A stretch of 64,000 nt of DNA, from positions 1,054,001 to 1,118,000 of the forward strand of contig JABVCE010000012.1 in NCBI GenBank assembly GCA_014905635.1, given 5' to 3'. Origin of the DNA: Scenedesmus sp. PABB004 (lineage: Eukaryota). A model generated the notes under the pieces. That model did no database searches, was not told the origin of the DNA, and saw only the letters and a program-made list of their open reading frames with translations. A program made the position numbers and the translations under genes. Within the stretch, counting starts at the first letter, position 1. The number at the start of each line of letters is the position of its first letter. Below are positions 62,943-64,000 of the stretch, in pieces.

Positions 62943-64000
62943 TCACGCGAGGCGCTGCAGCGTGGGCTGCGCCACGCACAGCGCGACGCCCCGCTCGCGC
63001 GCCCAGGCGCACAGCTGCTCCAGGCCGCCGCGAGCCAGGCGGTCCTGGTGCATGGCCAGGATGACGTTGCAGCCGCCGCTGGCGAGGGTCTGCAGCACCT
63101 TGAACAGGTGGTGGTCGTGCGGCAGCTGCTCGCCAGGCGGGCAGAACACGCTGCCCACCAAGCGCTCCAGGCGCGAGGGCCGCGCGTCGCCGCGGCCCGT
63201 GATGACGACGGTCGCGTCCACGATGGCCGCGTACTGGCGCAGGAAGCTCTCGCCGTCCCCGACCTGCGCCTCGGTCGACACGCGGACGAGCGCGCCGAAG
63301 ACGAGCGGGCCGGCGGGCAGGCGCAGCTCGTCGCGCGCCGCCCGCTGCGGCGGCAGCAGCGCCGCCAGGGGTGGGGCCTGCCCGCCGGCGGCGGCGGCCG
63401 CCGCAGCGTCGCGCAGTAAGGCATTGATGTCGCCCATCCGCCCGCGGCCGACGAGGGCGAGGCGGCTGCTGCCGGCCGCGAGCGCCGCGCCCTCGCTGGC
63501 CGCGGCGGCCTCCGCCGCCAGCAGCGCGGGCATGCCGATGTTGCTCGCGGTGATGAGGAATGGCAGCGACGTCAGCTGCACGGCGTTGGGGTTCGCCTCC
63601 GCGCGCGCCGCGCCGCGCTCGCGCTCCTCCAGCGCGATGGCAAGCCACGCGGCGCGCGCGTCGGCGGCCAGGCTCTCCGCGGCGGGCGCGCCGATGAGCA
63701 GCGCGACAAAGGCGCGGGCGAGGCCGGCGCGGCCGCCCTCCTCGATGCCGCTGAGCTCGCGCGCGCCAGCGGGTGCGCCGGCCTGGCGCAGCAGCGCGTT
63801 GACGACCGGCAGCGGCGCCAGCAGCACGAGCACGTCGAGGCTGTCCTCGCCGACGAGCGCGGCGAGGGCGCCCTCGCAGCGCGACGCGCGGCTGACCTCC
63901 GTCACAGCGACGAGGCCGCGCCCGCCCGCCGCCGGCGGCGGCGGTGGGGCCGGCGGCCGCCGCCGCCGAGCTGCTGCCGGCCGCGCTGCCGGCGCTGTCG
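62943..64000 (-). CDS. Protein with a C-terminal serine recombinase (resolvase/IS607 TnpA-like) catalytic domain; 5' end probably outside the window
   Basis: FGALVRVSTEAQVGDGESFLRQ resembles YxRVSTxxQ...SLxxQ (Ser at 63276-63278). VLQTLASGGCNVILAMHQDRLARGGLEQLCAWARERGVALCV resembles vvv..xDRLaR..l.....GV.l. The frame is open to the window edge. Confidence 0.65.
   Translation of the reverse strand, partial: TAPAARPAAARRRRPPAPPPPPAAGGRGLVAVTEVSRASRCEGALAALVGEDSLDVLVLLAPLPVVNALLRQAGAPAGARELSGIEEGGRAGLARAFVALLIGAPAAESLAADARAAWLAIALEERERGAARAEANPNAVQLTSLPFLITASNIGMPALLAAEAAAASEGAALAAGSSRLALVGRGRMGDINALLRDAAAAAAAGGQAPPLAALLPPQRAARDELRLPAGPLVFGALVRVSTEAQVGDGESFLRQYAAIVDATVVITGRGDARPSRLERLVGSVFCPPGEQLPHDHHLFKVLQTLASGGCNVILAMHQDRLARGGLEQLCAWARERGVALCVAQPTLQRLA

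Noticed and set aside
57300..64000. TnpB/Fanzor nuclease or terminal inverted repeats accompanying the recombinase-like ORF
   Set aside because: No RuvC or zinc-ribbon motifs and no clear element termini are visible in the window. The nearby Cys cluster is a MYND finger. They could still lie beyond 64000.

Overview
This is eukaryotic nuclear DNA: very GC-rich (about 75-80% by eye), intron-dense, with many short GT-AG and GC-AG introns and TGTAA poly(A) signals. It most resembles a chlorophyte green alga of the Raphidocelis/Monoraphidium type (inference). Most long six-frame ORFs are GC artefacts, so genes were rebuilt by joining exons and all coordinates are approximate gene spans. Housekeeping content: aldo-keto reductase, GT23-like fucosyltransferase, CDKC, ABCI-type ATPase, CPSF6-like RRM, BolA, a chromomethylase-like DNA methyltransferase, DUF1338 dioxygenase, RING-CH ligase, SET protein, MOR1/XMAP215, MYND protein and gluconokinase. 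Two regions stand out. (1) At 3.7-18.1 kb, three paralogous secreted mosaic proteins combine Cys-rich repeats, a papain-like domain, LysM, a fibrinogen-like domain and a C-type lectin. The central copy keeps the protease catalytic residues. The two flanking copies are pseudoproteases in a near-identical ~4 kb inverted repeat whose lectin tips have diverged strongly, which suggests an innate-immune or decoy locus. (2) At 57.5-64 kb, an ORF ending in a serine-recombinase-like (resolvase/IS607 TnpA) catalytic domain lies ~330 bp from an isolated 3' fragment of tRNA-Val(AAC) with a T4 terminator, resembling an att junction. A decayed, palindrome-riddled second copy of the ORF sits nearby within a tandem duplication that also carries MOR1 fragments.
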